Shown here piece by piece: positions 1 through 11,993 of a stretch of 64,000 bases of DNA (within the stretch, counting starts at the first letter, position 1; every line of letters begins with the position of its first letter). The notes under the pieces were generated by a model, which was not told the DNA's origin, searched no databases, and worked only from the letters and a program-made list of their open reading frames with translations. Where the stretch lies: assembly GCF_036321535.1 (NCBI RefSeq), contig NC_087436.1, positions 20,710,001 to 20,774,000 on the forward strand, in the 5' to 3' direction. Made by a program: the position numbers and the translations under genes. This DNA comes from Camelus dromedarius (taxonomy: Eukaryota).

Positions 1-352
1 TGCATATAAAAGTTATGTTTACACTATCCTGTAGTCTATTAAGTGTGCAATAGCATTCTAAAACAACAACATATATACCTTAGCTTAAAAATATATTATT
101 GCTAAAAATTGCTAACCATCATCTGAGCCTTCAGTAAGTTGTAGAAACATCAAAGATCACAGATTACCATAACAAACCTAATACTATGAAAAAGTTTGAA
201 ACATTGCAAGAACTACCCAAATGTGACAGAGAAACAAGATGTGAGCAAATGCTGTTGGAAAAATGGCACCAAGAGGCTTGTTCCACGCGGGGTTGCTACA
301 AACCTTCAATTTGTAAAAAATCTGCCAAATGCAATAAAATGAGGTCTGCCTA
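1..352. mobile_element. Internally deleted Tigger1-derived DNA transposon (TcMar-Tigger), truncated by the window edge
   Basis: Both subterminal regions of recalled Tigger1 consensus are joined near 143 (TGCATATAAAAGTTATGTTTACACTA...; ...AAACCTTCAATTTGTAAAAAA...GCAATAAAATGAGGTCTGCCT), followed by TA. Confidence 0.8.
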
Positions 353-803
353 TAAGGGCAATGCTGCACCATTAAAGGCAGAAAGTAGCAGAATATCCAG
401 AGAGTCAAAACGGCGGATTGGGAGTTGAGATATGTGTACAAGTCCCAGGTGTGTCAGTGACTAACGGAAACCCTACCTAAGTCATTGTGGTATAAAGTTA
501 CAAAAACACAATCAAAAGCACCTAGGACACTTTCTCTTCACTGGTTCCAAATAGGGACTCTCAAAAATTGTTCTGTGTAATGATATCCTAAAAAATTCAA
601 AGCTCTGGCAATATCAACCACAAACAAACTAGGATTCGAGATAAGGCTGAAATGTGCATTTAGAGAGTGCTAACTTTTTCAAGATATCCCTAATTTTGTT
701 AAAATATCATTTGTAAATCACAGTCTAATGTCTTCAAAGATTTGAATCAATATAATTTCTAAGAGAGGAGTGCACTGAGAATAACTAATTGACCACTTAA
801 ATC

Positions 804-1019
804 CAGGGTCAATCAGCTTTATTTCTAATGGGTCAGACTGTAAATATTTAAGACTTTGAGGGCCGTAGAGTCTCTCTGTGGCAAGTAGTCAAGTCCACTG
901 TTGTAGCACAAAGGTAGCCACAGATAATCTGTAAAGAAACGGTGTGGCTATGTTCCCATAAAACTTTATTTATAAAAACAGGCAGTGGGCCAGATTCAGT
1001 CTGCAGTTTGCCAACCCTT
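804..1019. mobile_element. MER58A-like hAT-Charlie element
   Basis: CAGGG start, GTGTGGCTATGTTCCCATAAAACTTTATTTATAAAAACAGGCAGTGGGCCAGATT core and GTTTGCCAACCC end. Confidence 0.8.
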
Positions 1020-2819
1020 AATCTAAGTCATCACCACATAGCATGTCTTAAGTATACTTTACTCTGGCCCACAAGCTATATAAGATCCACATACATAGAA
1101 GCAGTTGGTATAATATATTACATGCTTCAAAGTTAATTACTTAACTATAATCTTAAATTCAATTTCCAAGAACCAACCATTGTAACCACAGTGATCTTTT
1201 GTTAATTCTTTAATTAGCGCCACAGTTTTTAAACCATGAATCAACTTTTATACTCAGAAATTCCTCATAAATATATCACTCATTATTCTTTATTTCTACT
1301 ATAAAAAGGGGGGATAAATAAAGTAAATAGCACTTGTTCTGGTCATTTATACTCTGGGAGGATTGAGATTAGGAAGATATTTTATCTCTGTTCCATCTGA
1401 TCCAAGTTTCTTCATTTTAAAGAGAGAATGAGGAACATAGGATTGCATTATCAATAGTCTAAGCAAATGAGTAAGATTTCAAAACTCTTGAACAAGACCA
1501 TAAAATCCTACAATCTGACAAAATCTGATTCTGGAAGTTACTATTTTAATGTGGGCCAGATTACAAAACCAGAGATTTGTTTTCAGTGCCTAAACTCTCT
1601 CAGGTTCTGCCTTTCTTTTTCTCTCTCTGCCTAAAACAATTTTTTCTTCTCTGAACCCAAAGATTCTCAAGCTTTCTCACCACCAAGATCTGTATCTGAG
1701 AAAGGAGCTGAAATTTGTTCCCGCTAAACTAAAAAGACGGGTAAGGAGAAGAGCCATTTTTCTCAGGGTTATCTGAATTCTAACAGAGGTCAAGATCGTC
1801 AAAATTTGATGGATAATCTTTAAAAATATGTTTCACACATCCTTGCTATTTTAAATACAAATTTATCTTTTTCTTAACGTCTTAGTGTTCACCTTTGAAA
1901 ACAAGATCTCCTCTGTATTTTGTTTTCACACGGGGAGATTTTTTTCCCGAAAAAAATTCTAATCATCAATAACATTGATGCTGCTGTTCCGTGTGTCTCC
2001 TTCTGAAATTCCACTTGATTGAAATTATCCTTGAGAAGAGATAATACTTTTATAACACTTTTTAATAATACTTTTATAATTATTTTATACTTTGATATTG
2101 GGGATGTTTTGAAAGAAACAAATCTAACCCATGGTGAACAGTAGGTGACAAGTAGTGCCATGCAGACCTGTGCTTTGTGTTCATGGAAAAGCACTACCTT
2201 TCCTTTGATGGAGAGCGCCTGAACAAGAGGCAGGTACTGTTACCCAGACATGAATCCGTTGGTTGTGCTGTCTGGCCTTCAGGGAATGTGCTGGTATGAA
2301 GTTGTTTCTGCCCCACAAATCTGCTCCTTTCCAGCTCCCACTATCAGTTTCCACTTCTCAATAAATCGGCCTCTGCTGTGCCCTCCTGTCCTCCGTCTTT
2401 CTAATCCACTGCTCACTGTCATTCAGAAACTTGAACCTTCTGGGAACACCAACTGCGAGATATCAGACTTCTTAAATAATGAAGATTAATTTGATACAAT
2501 ATAATTCGATGTCAGTATGGCTCTGTGCGGCTAACCAACCCCATACCAATTATTTCGTCTCTCCAGGCTCTAGTTTCCTGACTGAGGAATGGAGGAGCTA
2601 GGTTGAATGATTCCAAGGGTTCCTCCAACTTCGAAAACTTTGATGATTTTATGACTCAAGCATGTGGCACTTAGTAACAATTTTCTTAGAAGCTCAGAAG
2701 TCATTTTTGCTTAATTTTGCATTCCCAGCTCTGTCCCTAAAAGTTGATGTTGAACTCACTTGCCAGACAAATGAGACGCGAAAGCGCAGTGCTGTCATCT
2801 AAGAGGTCCACAGCCTCTC

Positions 2820-3127
2820 CTAGGAAATTGTGAAATCCAAAAAGCTTCCAAAAGCAAAAGCTTTTTAATAAGTTCCGTGCAAAATTTATTGCCAGCAAAA
2901 CTAGACCTGAACTGCTGGGAAGAAGTTTACAGTCTTTATTCCACTCAGTTGGAATAGTCAGATGTTTTTCTGCAGATAGATTAATATATTTACTACCAGG
3001 TGCATCCCAGACCCCACCAGGGTTGTCAGATAAAACGCAAGACGTGAACCTTCTTGACTAAGTATAAATCTGAAAATCCCTGAATTCTGAAACTTACCTG
3101 GTCTCAAGGTTTCATATAAAGGATGGT
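2820..3127. mobile_element. Old DNA-transposon fragment (Tigger-like)
   Basis: End motif AATTCTGAAACTTACCTGGTCTCAAGGTTTCATATAAAGGAT resembles old Tigger termini; subfamily not determined. Confidence 0.45.
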
Positions 3128-5334
3128 AAGGGAGAGTGAACCTGACAGATTTCTAAGGATGACCTGAAATCTACAATATTTCAAACTTTGCATCTAAGAA
3201 TAAATAGCGCTTGGCATGATTTACATGTTTTTCATGTACTTGCATGTACATTCTTTGAAAACTGGTAATTTTCACCATGTACCTTTTAAATCATTAGTTA
3301 ATCAACGTATTCAGTTACTAAGTAGTTCCCCATTCCCTGTTATGGATAAATAGAAAGTTTATGCATTTTAGCATTTTTTCAGATCAATACTGGGAACAGT
3401 GAGACAGCCTCATACGAAATAAACGAATAAGTAAATGAGGAGATGTTTGAACCTGCTTAGAAACTGTGGGATGCAAATCCAAAGGCCCCTATTTCCTCCT
3501 TCTTACTCTCTTTCTAATACTGTAAATCTCTATCTGAATGTTTGCAATCAATTCATTGTAATCCATCAATGTATTAAGACAGAATTTCTGGACTTTGCCC
3601 AGTTCCTCGGGCTCACATAGAAGAAGTTCATTAAACATTCCCTGAATGAATGAACCCATCAGTGAATGGATGACACCCTGATAGCCGCCTCCCCCATGTG
3701 GAGCAGAGCTGCATTATTTTTGCAGATCCATAAAATACAGAAAAAGTAGTCGGTAAGTTCCCACATAGAGACCTTCGGAAAACAGATTATTCCTCTGAGC
3801 TGGGTTCCACAGCTCTGTCGCCTTTTGGATCAAACAGAAAGTAGCTTTACTAACATCTTTGGTTAACAGTCCTCTGGCCGATCCCACCTGAACCTTCCAT
3901 GGGTGAAAAGCCAGTTTCAAAGAAAAATACCTTCCCATCACTTGACATAATCACGTGGCAGAATGAAAAGTCTGACAAGAGGTCAGGGTGGGGAAATAAA
4001 GCAGAAGGGTCAAGTCACGGCAACTTTCTACATGAGCAAATTAATCGCTGCTTTCAGAAAGAATGGATATGACAGACAATGGTCTAACAAACGCTAAGGA
4101 AAACAAGTTCATTTCTTCAGTGAGGGATAGTGAGCTCATAGGCATGTTTTTGGGCAGAGAGAACAAAAAAGAAAGTCTGTCATATACTTACATAATACCA
4201 TTCCTTTTTAAAACTCAGACATGTAAGACATAAACGAGTTTTTGTTTTCACTCGAAAGGAATTAACTTTTAATTTTTGAATGCTTATTGCAGGTAGTGAG
4301 CATTCATTTGAAGAACATGTTTAAATGTGACAAAGGTTTTCAATAAGAAAAGAAATAATTAATTTAAAGATTTTTCCTAATGTTAGAGATGAAAGTATAC
4401 ACATTCTTGGGTAGAGTCGGGATTTGTGCTTCTCAAACTTTCTCTTGCTTTCATTTAAGTGAATAAATAAGAACAGATTTTAATGTGCTTATTAAAAACT
4501 CAGCAAAGGCATACTAACAGACTTATGAGGATATTCAAAATCTAAAAAATGACAATATTACTCTTTAAGTAGTCTACAGCACATTAATCATACCATTATG
4601 ACTAAAGACTAATTAAAACCTGTCACGCTTATTTACCAAAGTTAATTAAATTGCACAAAATGAGCTCAACATCATTGGAAAGCAAAGGGGAACTTTAGAG
4701 CCATAGGGTGAAAATATTCTAAAATTTTATGTACAAAAATATAAAACATTATCAGTAAATGTTTCATATTCCCTATTTAAGCGTTTTGAAGACCCCTACA
4801 CGCTTCTGGGATTTTTGCAGGCTTGGATGCAAACTCTCCAGTGACTCACAAATAAATATGATTAATGGATAGAACTTAGTAGAAATTTTACAAAAGCCTT
4901 TCAAAAGCAGGGCAGGACTGTGGGTTGTGTAGATATGTTTCTTACAGGGCCTCAGCTACCGGTTTTGGAGATGGATAATTTTCTGCAATTTAAAAACTAG
5001 GAAGTCAGTCTTTGGGGCCCCATTGTTTCTGCTGATTTTGCAATGCTTCCTGATGTGTATTTTATGAGTACATCAAATCTAGGTATCTTGGTCTACACGT
5101 CTTAAAAAGACGTGTAGACCTAAGCAAGAAACCAGTACTATGTGAACATTCAGAGACCACCACCTAATTAGGTATATTGGACCCACAGAAAGCTTTCGTT
5201 GGGTTGCTTTACAACCCTTGAAAGTCACTGAAATATGAGTCAGAGGAAAGCCTAGTAATGAGCAGCACAGGGAGGAAGCAAGACAAGACTGAGTACTAAG
5301 AGCCTGCTCTCATTTAATAAGCAGCCTCTTTTGC

Positions 5335-5965
5335 CCAGTGAGCCGCGGGTGCTGGTGCCGGGACTGCCCAGCGCTCATTCCCACCTCCGCTGGGAACAAC
5401 GCTCCGATCTCCCTTGGGGCCTTACCCCTTCCTCACTCGGGGTTTAGCGCTTTGGATTATGCTGCTCTCTTCCCGCGGCTCCAGACACCAAGGGCAGGTG
5501 ACCCAGGCAGCACACCGCGGGCCCGCGGCAGCCCTCGGGGGAGAGTAGCCCTCGTTGTCCTGGGCTTGCTAACCCGGGAGGGCGGAAGCCCGGAAAGGCC
5601 ATCATCGGTGCCGCAGGAGGAAAGCCTGCCCAAGAACGGAGCCAGTGCAGGGGAGAGCAAAGCCAGGGGCTGTTTTTTCTTTTTTGATTAAGCCCGTTTG
5701 AATTGCGTTTCTGTTTTCCCTAGGATCTTCTCCCTTTGCGTTCATCTTTCAATTCTTTCTAGATCCATTTCTTAAGCTGCCTTGTCCTCCAGACGAGAAG
5801 CTCTCAGATCCCCTGCAAGGAGAAGCAGCCCGGAGAAGGCAGCTGGGACCCGAGGGCCTAACCTCTCACTGGGCGCCGGCCATAACCATCCTCGCTGTCT
5901 TCTGCAGAAAGAAACTCAGAATCCCTGCGTATATGAGACCCATTATGGGGACTGTCTCTCGCCTC
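5335..5965. promoter_or_regulatory. Intronic CpG-rich island in HHIP intron 4
   Basis: About 600 bp GC-rich with many retained CpGs, GGGAGGGCGG and two CGGAA (ETS-like) motifs at 5576-5595. Confidence 0.6.
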
Positions 5966-6131
5966 AGTTTACATGTCTAGCCCCATCCTGATCTTTTATC
6001 CAGAGATAAACTATATTTAATCCAGAACTATATTTTATTTAGAGATAAACTATATTTAAGACATCCATGATGCTTCCTGCATGAAAGGCTCTTCCGTCTT
6101 TTCTGCCCATACCATTTAAGAGTTATTCCCA

Positions 6132-6218
6132 GGGGGTGGGTTATAGCTCAGTGGTAGAGCTTACCATATGTAAGTACCTGGGTTCAATCCCTAATGTCTC
6201 CATTAAAAGAAAAAAATA
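6132..6218 (+). mobile_element. tRNA-derived SINE (vic-1-like), short form
   Basis: A box TAGCTCAGTGGTAGAGC, B box GGTTCAATCC, A-rich tail; TSD AGTTATTCCC at 6121-6130 and 6219-6228. Confidence 0.85.
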
Positions 6219-6339
6219 AGTTATTCCCTATGTGAGGCACCACCATCCTCAGATGGATGGAGTTCCCTGTTCTTTCCCCTGGGATCTTGGCTTAGACTCG
6301 GCTTAGACTTTGGGAATAGTGTGTACCAGGTCATTTATT

Positions 6340-6560
6340 CTGTCTCCTCTCCCTTGTTAACCAGAGTGTCTCATATCTATGTTGCTTTTCCTCCCACCAA
6401 CCATTTGCTTCGGTCACAGCACTCTGATCTTCCTCTGGGGAACTACCTTCCACACTCCAGGTCCTGTGTTTTGGGTCAGGTTCCAGAAATGGCTCCAGAG
6501 ATGGGCCCTGCTCAGTACCCAGCACACAGGAATGTCTCCTAGTCCATGTTCAGTGATAAT
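6340..6560. mobile_element. Degenerate ERVL LTR fragment (LTR16-like)
   Basis: GGTCACAGCACTCTGATCTTCCTCTGGGGAACTACC resembles recalled LTR16 family sequence. Confidence 0.4.
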
Positions 6561-7475
6561 AGCAAGACTCCAGGCAAGAAAAAAGTAGAACAGGCTGTAA
6601 TGATTAAAATGTCAAGATACTTCCTGGTAGAATTTTTGAGAAAACAAAACCAAAACCAAACACACACACAAACCAAAAAACCCCCTAGCCATATTTAAGT
6701 AGGAGCACACAGAATGACAACCAAGTCCTTTTGGTAGGATTAAAACAAGCAAACAGCCTAAGATAGTTTGAATATTCGTATCTTCATGGGTCATTTATTG
6801 TATTCTAGGCATTGCTTCCCAATTCGTGTCACAATTATAAGTTTGATGGCCATTTTCTCAAGTAAACTCTACTTAGGGTGATCAAGGAATCCAACTTACA
6901 TCTTGCTGTACCATTTCTACAGCTCCCACATCCAGAGAGAAACAGCTGGGGCAGGGTGGGAGGAAGAGGACCTTTTGTGCTACAGTTTTGGAAGCACATG
7001 CCTATGTATTCCTAATGTTATTGCCACCAATTTAATATTTTCTCCATCATTTAAAGATTGCTCCTTGTCTGTTGATAACTTCTTTACCATTGAGTTTTTC
7101 TCCTGGGTGGCATTTAAACTATATTTAAAACTTACATCTTGTTTATATACACTCTTGAGCCAGGGCCTTTGGTTTATAGGAAAGAATTTGCTGACCTCTC
7201 CTCCTCCCCACTAGAAAATGACTGAAGTTACACTAACTGCTTCTACGACTGCATATTGTTGAACTCCTCAAAGGGCTGATACCACATGCAAAGCTTAGAC
7301 CGCTTGGCTTTGCTTATGTTACAATCTGATGTATAAATCAGAGAGATTATAGAAATATTCTACATTTAGTCTATGCATTTACATACCTAAACAATGTCTG
7401 ATTAAAACTTAGGTGTGTAATTTGGGGGGAAAAGCTTAAATTTAGCAATGTTTCATTCAGCCACACAGTGTTCTA

Positions 7476-7580
7476 TTATATATGGGTATGCGTATATACG
7501 CACACCATATATATATATATACATATATATACACACATATATATATATATGCACACCCATAGTTACATGTATATATGATA
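7476..7580. repeat. (TA)n/(CA)n compound microsatellite
   Basis: Directly visible alternating TA/CA runs. Confidence 0.9.
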
Positions 7581-10309
7581 CACTTATAAACAATAAAACT
7601 GAGCAGTGAACTACTTTTCTTTATGAAAGAATTAAAAATACTGGGCCTTCCAATGTCATCCAAAACTAATGGGACAAGAAGGAAAAATTAGACATTCATG
7701 GAATTAAAACAGTAGACATCTGGGTCTACCTAACTTATGCCCTGATCTTTACCAGGAAATGAATGATCACTTTGTATTTTATCTCCTGTAAAAGAGCATT
7801 ATTTCCCAATGTTTTCAGTGTAAGATAGCCAAATAAGGGTATTTTTTTAATGCAAACCTGAATCTGAATTCGTACAGGTGAGGATTTTGATGTAATTATT
7901 CCCCAAAAGCACAATAAAAGATTTTTCATAACGGAGACAACACAAAAATTGACAAGACCTGTTTTCAATAACTAAATATTTTTGTGAAAAAGAATACATG
8001 TATTCTGATTCAAGATCTTCATTCATCTTTAATGGCGCTTATGAATTTTCAAGTGCCACAATAAATTCAAGTGAGCAAAATTACAGGGATTAAATTTTCT
8101 ACAGTGTTTCCCAAATGTCACCCAAGGCAGTCATCATTTAACTATGAATCCGTTTTGAACTCATTTATATTTCAACTCATCCAATGTTTGGCAGTTAAAA
8201 GTAAACTGTACAAACAAAAAGCACACTGGCAGGCTTCATTGGGAAGCTGAGTGACAAACGTGTGATTAACACTATCTTATGGGCACAGGAGAGGTCTCCG
8301 TTTTAATAGGATATCCAACAACGCGACTAAATGCCTCCCAAAAATTTAGAATTAGAAATGCAAAGGTTAGATAAAGTTAAAGGTCATTCTCCTCCAGGCA
8401 AGAGGGGGCCAACTCCCTACCAAGTTCTAGCAGACTTGCTTCCCTAGGGCACATCATAAAAGTAATTTACTGACAACTCACCTTACCAGGGGTCATTTGG
8501 GGCCTCAAGTCTTCTGGAATTCACTTTTAAGAAGCATGATTAAGTGGGGACGACCACTGGCCCTAAAGTATTTATGCTGAGAACAAATGCCTGTCAGAAT
8601 TAAATCCTTTGTGTGTGGTGGTTTCAGACTTAAAAAAGATGTGTGCCCTGATGAAAAGCACATATATTCTGTTCACCAAATTCAATCTTAGAATGAATAT
8701 TGGTTAATTGATTTATTAGATTCAAAAAAGAATACTTCAGAAAGCCAAATAGATAACATAGCCTAAAAAAGTGGAGAATGCATTTACCTGGTTAGTTAAA
8801 CCCTTTTCAATCTTTTCAAGTCCAGTGTTGTCTCACACTGAAGGAAAAGCATTTTCACGTTATTTCCAGGAAAAATGAAGATGCTAATTTAAAGCAAGCC
8901 AAGGAAGTTGACTTACTTTAAAATTTTTCCAAGAAAAGCTATTTCCTGATTAAAACAAATCTCTTGCTTTTTGTGTTTTTGGTAATTCTGACATGAAATA
9001 ACTGGGTTTTACATTAGATAAAGATGCGTTTTCCACATTAAAAAAATTACTAAAGGTTAAAATATGTGTGCATCGGACAAAATTAAAACAGATTATCTGA
9101 CACTGCATGTGGGATACAGCTCTGATCTCTACGCTGCGTGGAAACAAGGCTGGTACTTTGAATTGCACAGCACACATCTCAGTAATGACAGGGGATGAGG
9201 CATACGATTTCAAGGAACACCCACAATGAAAAGGATTCTTTCCAAACAGAGAATTGTTTTGGAATACGTTAGGTTAATTGGCACCATGGGACTGCTCTCA
9301 AGGAAACAGCACTGAAATCCTTACATGTGCAACTAAAATTATCAAGCGTGCATTACCCTCTTTGCCTTTTCAATTTTTCACATCTAGTTTACTCTATCCA
9401 CAACCAAATTAACTTTTGTAGATTCACAGGCAGGTAGAAAAGGAGATGGTTGTTTTGTTTTGTTTTGTTTTCCCCACCAGCATAATTTACAGCCCCAAAA
9501 GACTGATTAGTTAAGGAGGCTCCATTGTCGAAACAAAGAAGAAACTCACTGAGGATATCTGGGAATATTCTATTTTAGTGAGTGAGTTATGGGTACTGTA
9601 GATGGAAGGTCATTATTTTATCATTTAAATAGCTAGAAATTCCCTACAGCATTTGCATAGCCTCCTTCTTAGAGGTCCATAGTTTTGTATTCTGCCATTA
9701 TTTTAATCCTGCCTGATTTAAGGATACCTGGATTTTGGTTTCTTATATACTAAGTCCAATTATAATTATCCTTTTAAAAATAATCACCTGACCCCCTTCC
9801 TCTATTTACTTGTGCATTTCCCAAAGAGGAACGTGTGTGTGAATACACAACCAGTCTTAGTGGTGGTTACCATTTTCATGAATTATCATTCATGACTGGT
9901 ATGCAGTGAGCCCTCTTTTTTATATTACCACAATTGCTGTTTTTCTGTAACTTACAACCTTTCACTGGAACCAATTAAATGTTCTATGTTGCTAATGTCC
10001 AGAGTTTCAAAATTTGCAACTTTAAAACTATGGGAAAGAAGGTATATATTTGGTAAACACCATGTGTAAAAATGCTTACATTTAATGGAGTAAATTTCTA
10101 AATATTCCTCCAAGTACTGACATGCTGAAAATTGGAAATGAAAGGAACCTCAGGTACTACTGATCCTCTGATTTTTACAGAGGAAAAATTGAGGCTCAAG
10201 TCAATGACTGGTCCAGGGGCACAAAGCACTTTCATAGCAGAGGTGGCACCAGAAGTCAGGATTCTTCCCCATGTCCCTGCTTCCACCCCTGCCCCGCCTA
10301 GCCTGCTAT

Positions 10310-10620
10310 CTCTACATAGCAGCTACTGATCTTGTTTAAAAAGTTTAAGTCAGATCATGTCGCTCTTGGGTTCAAAATCCTCCAGTGATTCCCCGTTTCA
10401 TTCACCATAAAAGCCAAAGACCTTAGGAGGACATGTAAGACCCTACATTATCTGATGCACACCTTCTACCCCCACCATCACCACACAGATGCTCAACTCT
10501 GCAATCTCATCTCCCAGGGTGACGCTCCTCTTCCTTCACTCAGCTCCATACTGGTGTCTTCCCTAGCACACCAAAAACTGCCCACTTCAAGGTCATGATC
10601 TACTTTTACCTTCAAGCTCA
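10310..10620 (+). mobile_element. L2 fragment
   Basis: AAGTCAGATCATGTCGCTCTTGGGTTCAAAATCCTCCAGTGATTCCC...ATAAAAGCCAAAGACCTT, typical of the L2 3' region. Confidence 0.7.
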
Positions 10621-11387
10621 GGTTTGAAAATTTACCACCCTGTTATTCCTACACATTAAAGACATTATATTTCCATTAACTGAAATGCGAAGTCTCACTT
10701 TATGCTGAGTTAGGCAGCTTTTAAAAGTTTCACTGGAGTAACAGTGACCACACAGAAAGGCGAGGGCACCTGACAGTGCAGCAGGGTGCCCAGTGGGCTC
10801 TGCATTGGGAGACACTGCCTGTGTTTCTGTATCGGTACAAAGGGGAGAAAAAACAAAAACAGAGTAAAGCAAAGTAAGCCCTACACCCTCTGAGCCCGAG
10901 CAAGTAGGGAGTTGCCATGCTGGGGTCACACTGACTACTTCTCTTTACCATAGTTTTCTTGGAAAGCGTTGGAGACTTGCACTGCTGTTTCACAGAATTT
11001 TAGAGATAGAAAAGACCTAAGGTATCATTTAGCCTAGTCCTCTGATGTCAAAGATGAGGATGCAGAGATCCCAGAAGATTAAGCAGACTGCTCCAAATCA
11101 CGCAACCAAGGGCAAACTCAGTGGATGAGTGCGGTCGCCATCCAGAGCTTAGTTCTCACACATAACCAACTGAGGTGGGACATTACAAGAAAGAGACACA
11201 TGTGGGAACCAAGGCGTTGACAACTGATGCTGTTGCCGCAAATTTTAATAGTTATTTACAAGGGAAGTAAATAACTAGTTAGTGGTGCCTGTCAGACTTT
11301 TTTTGTTTGTTTTTCTTTGTTTCATTTGTTTACTTTTATGCAGAAGTTTTATATGTACTGACATTTAATCAAAGCCTAAATCTTAAG

Positions 11388-11435
11388 ACACATACACACA
11401 CACACATACATACACACAGGTGCACATGCACACAC
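11388..11435. repeat. Imperfect (CA)n microsatellite
   Basis: Directly visible. Confidence 0.9.
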
Positions 11436-11704
11436 AGAGCCTTCCTTGGACAAAGAGATATTGTCTTTAGGTTGCAATTAAGGAACTTGTGCAATTAATG
11501 AACTATGCCAACTATTGGGTAAATCTTTTTGGAGCTAGCTACATTACTGCAAGTCACAAAATCCTAACTAAGATCAGCCCCAGGGTGGTGTGTGTGGAAA
11601 ACCTTGGCATAAATACATTATTAATGTCACAGGGTCAATCTGATCTTCCAAACCCCTGGAGATTTAAACAGAAGCTTTAACAGTGGTACAGAACAAAACC
11701 ACAG

Positions 11705-11993
11705 ACTGGGTAAGAGGCAGAATGAGCTATGCGGCTTTTTCAACCTCAGGTCACAAGCTTGAGTCCAGTCTAGGCTGGTAATTGATAACTTATGACAGAT
11801 GTTTGGTGACCTGTGTGTGGCGGGAGTCAGTTCAAGTTTTGTTTCACTTTTCCTGAACAGGTGTGTTCACATCCATCCACAAAGATATTTGCACTGTGGG
11901 AGTCTGATCACCAAATCTTTCATAGAAAGGCCGAGACTTTAATGGGAATTAAATTCAGTTATCTTTTTATCCTCTTAAGGGTTAGCACTTTCC
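11705..11993 (+). mobile_element. Probable LF-SINE (ancient lobe-finned-fish SINE) relic
   Basis: Colinear blocks matching recalled LF-SINE consensus: CTTTTTCAACCTCAGGTCAC..GAGTCCAGTCTAGGCTGGTA; TGACAGATGTTTGGTGACCTGTGTG; GAACAGGTGTGTTCACATC; TTTGCACT; AGAAAGGCCGAGACTTTAATGGG. Confidence 0.7.

Noticed and set aside
5338..5991. ORFs of 117, 67 and 69 aa in the intronic CpG island as a nested gene
   Set aside because: No homology recognised, non-ATG starts, and length explained by GC content.
8390..8412. CTCF-like motif (also near 35120 and 57280)
   Set aside because: Each deviates from the core spacing; cannot be supported without a PWM scan.
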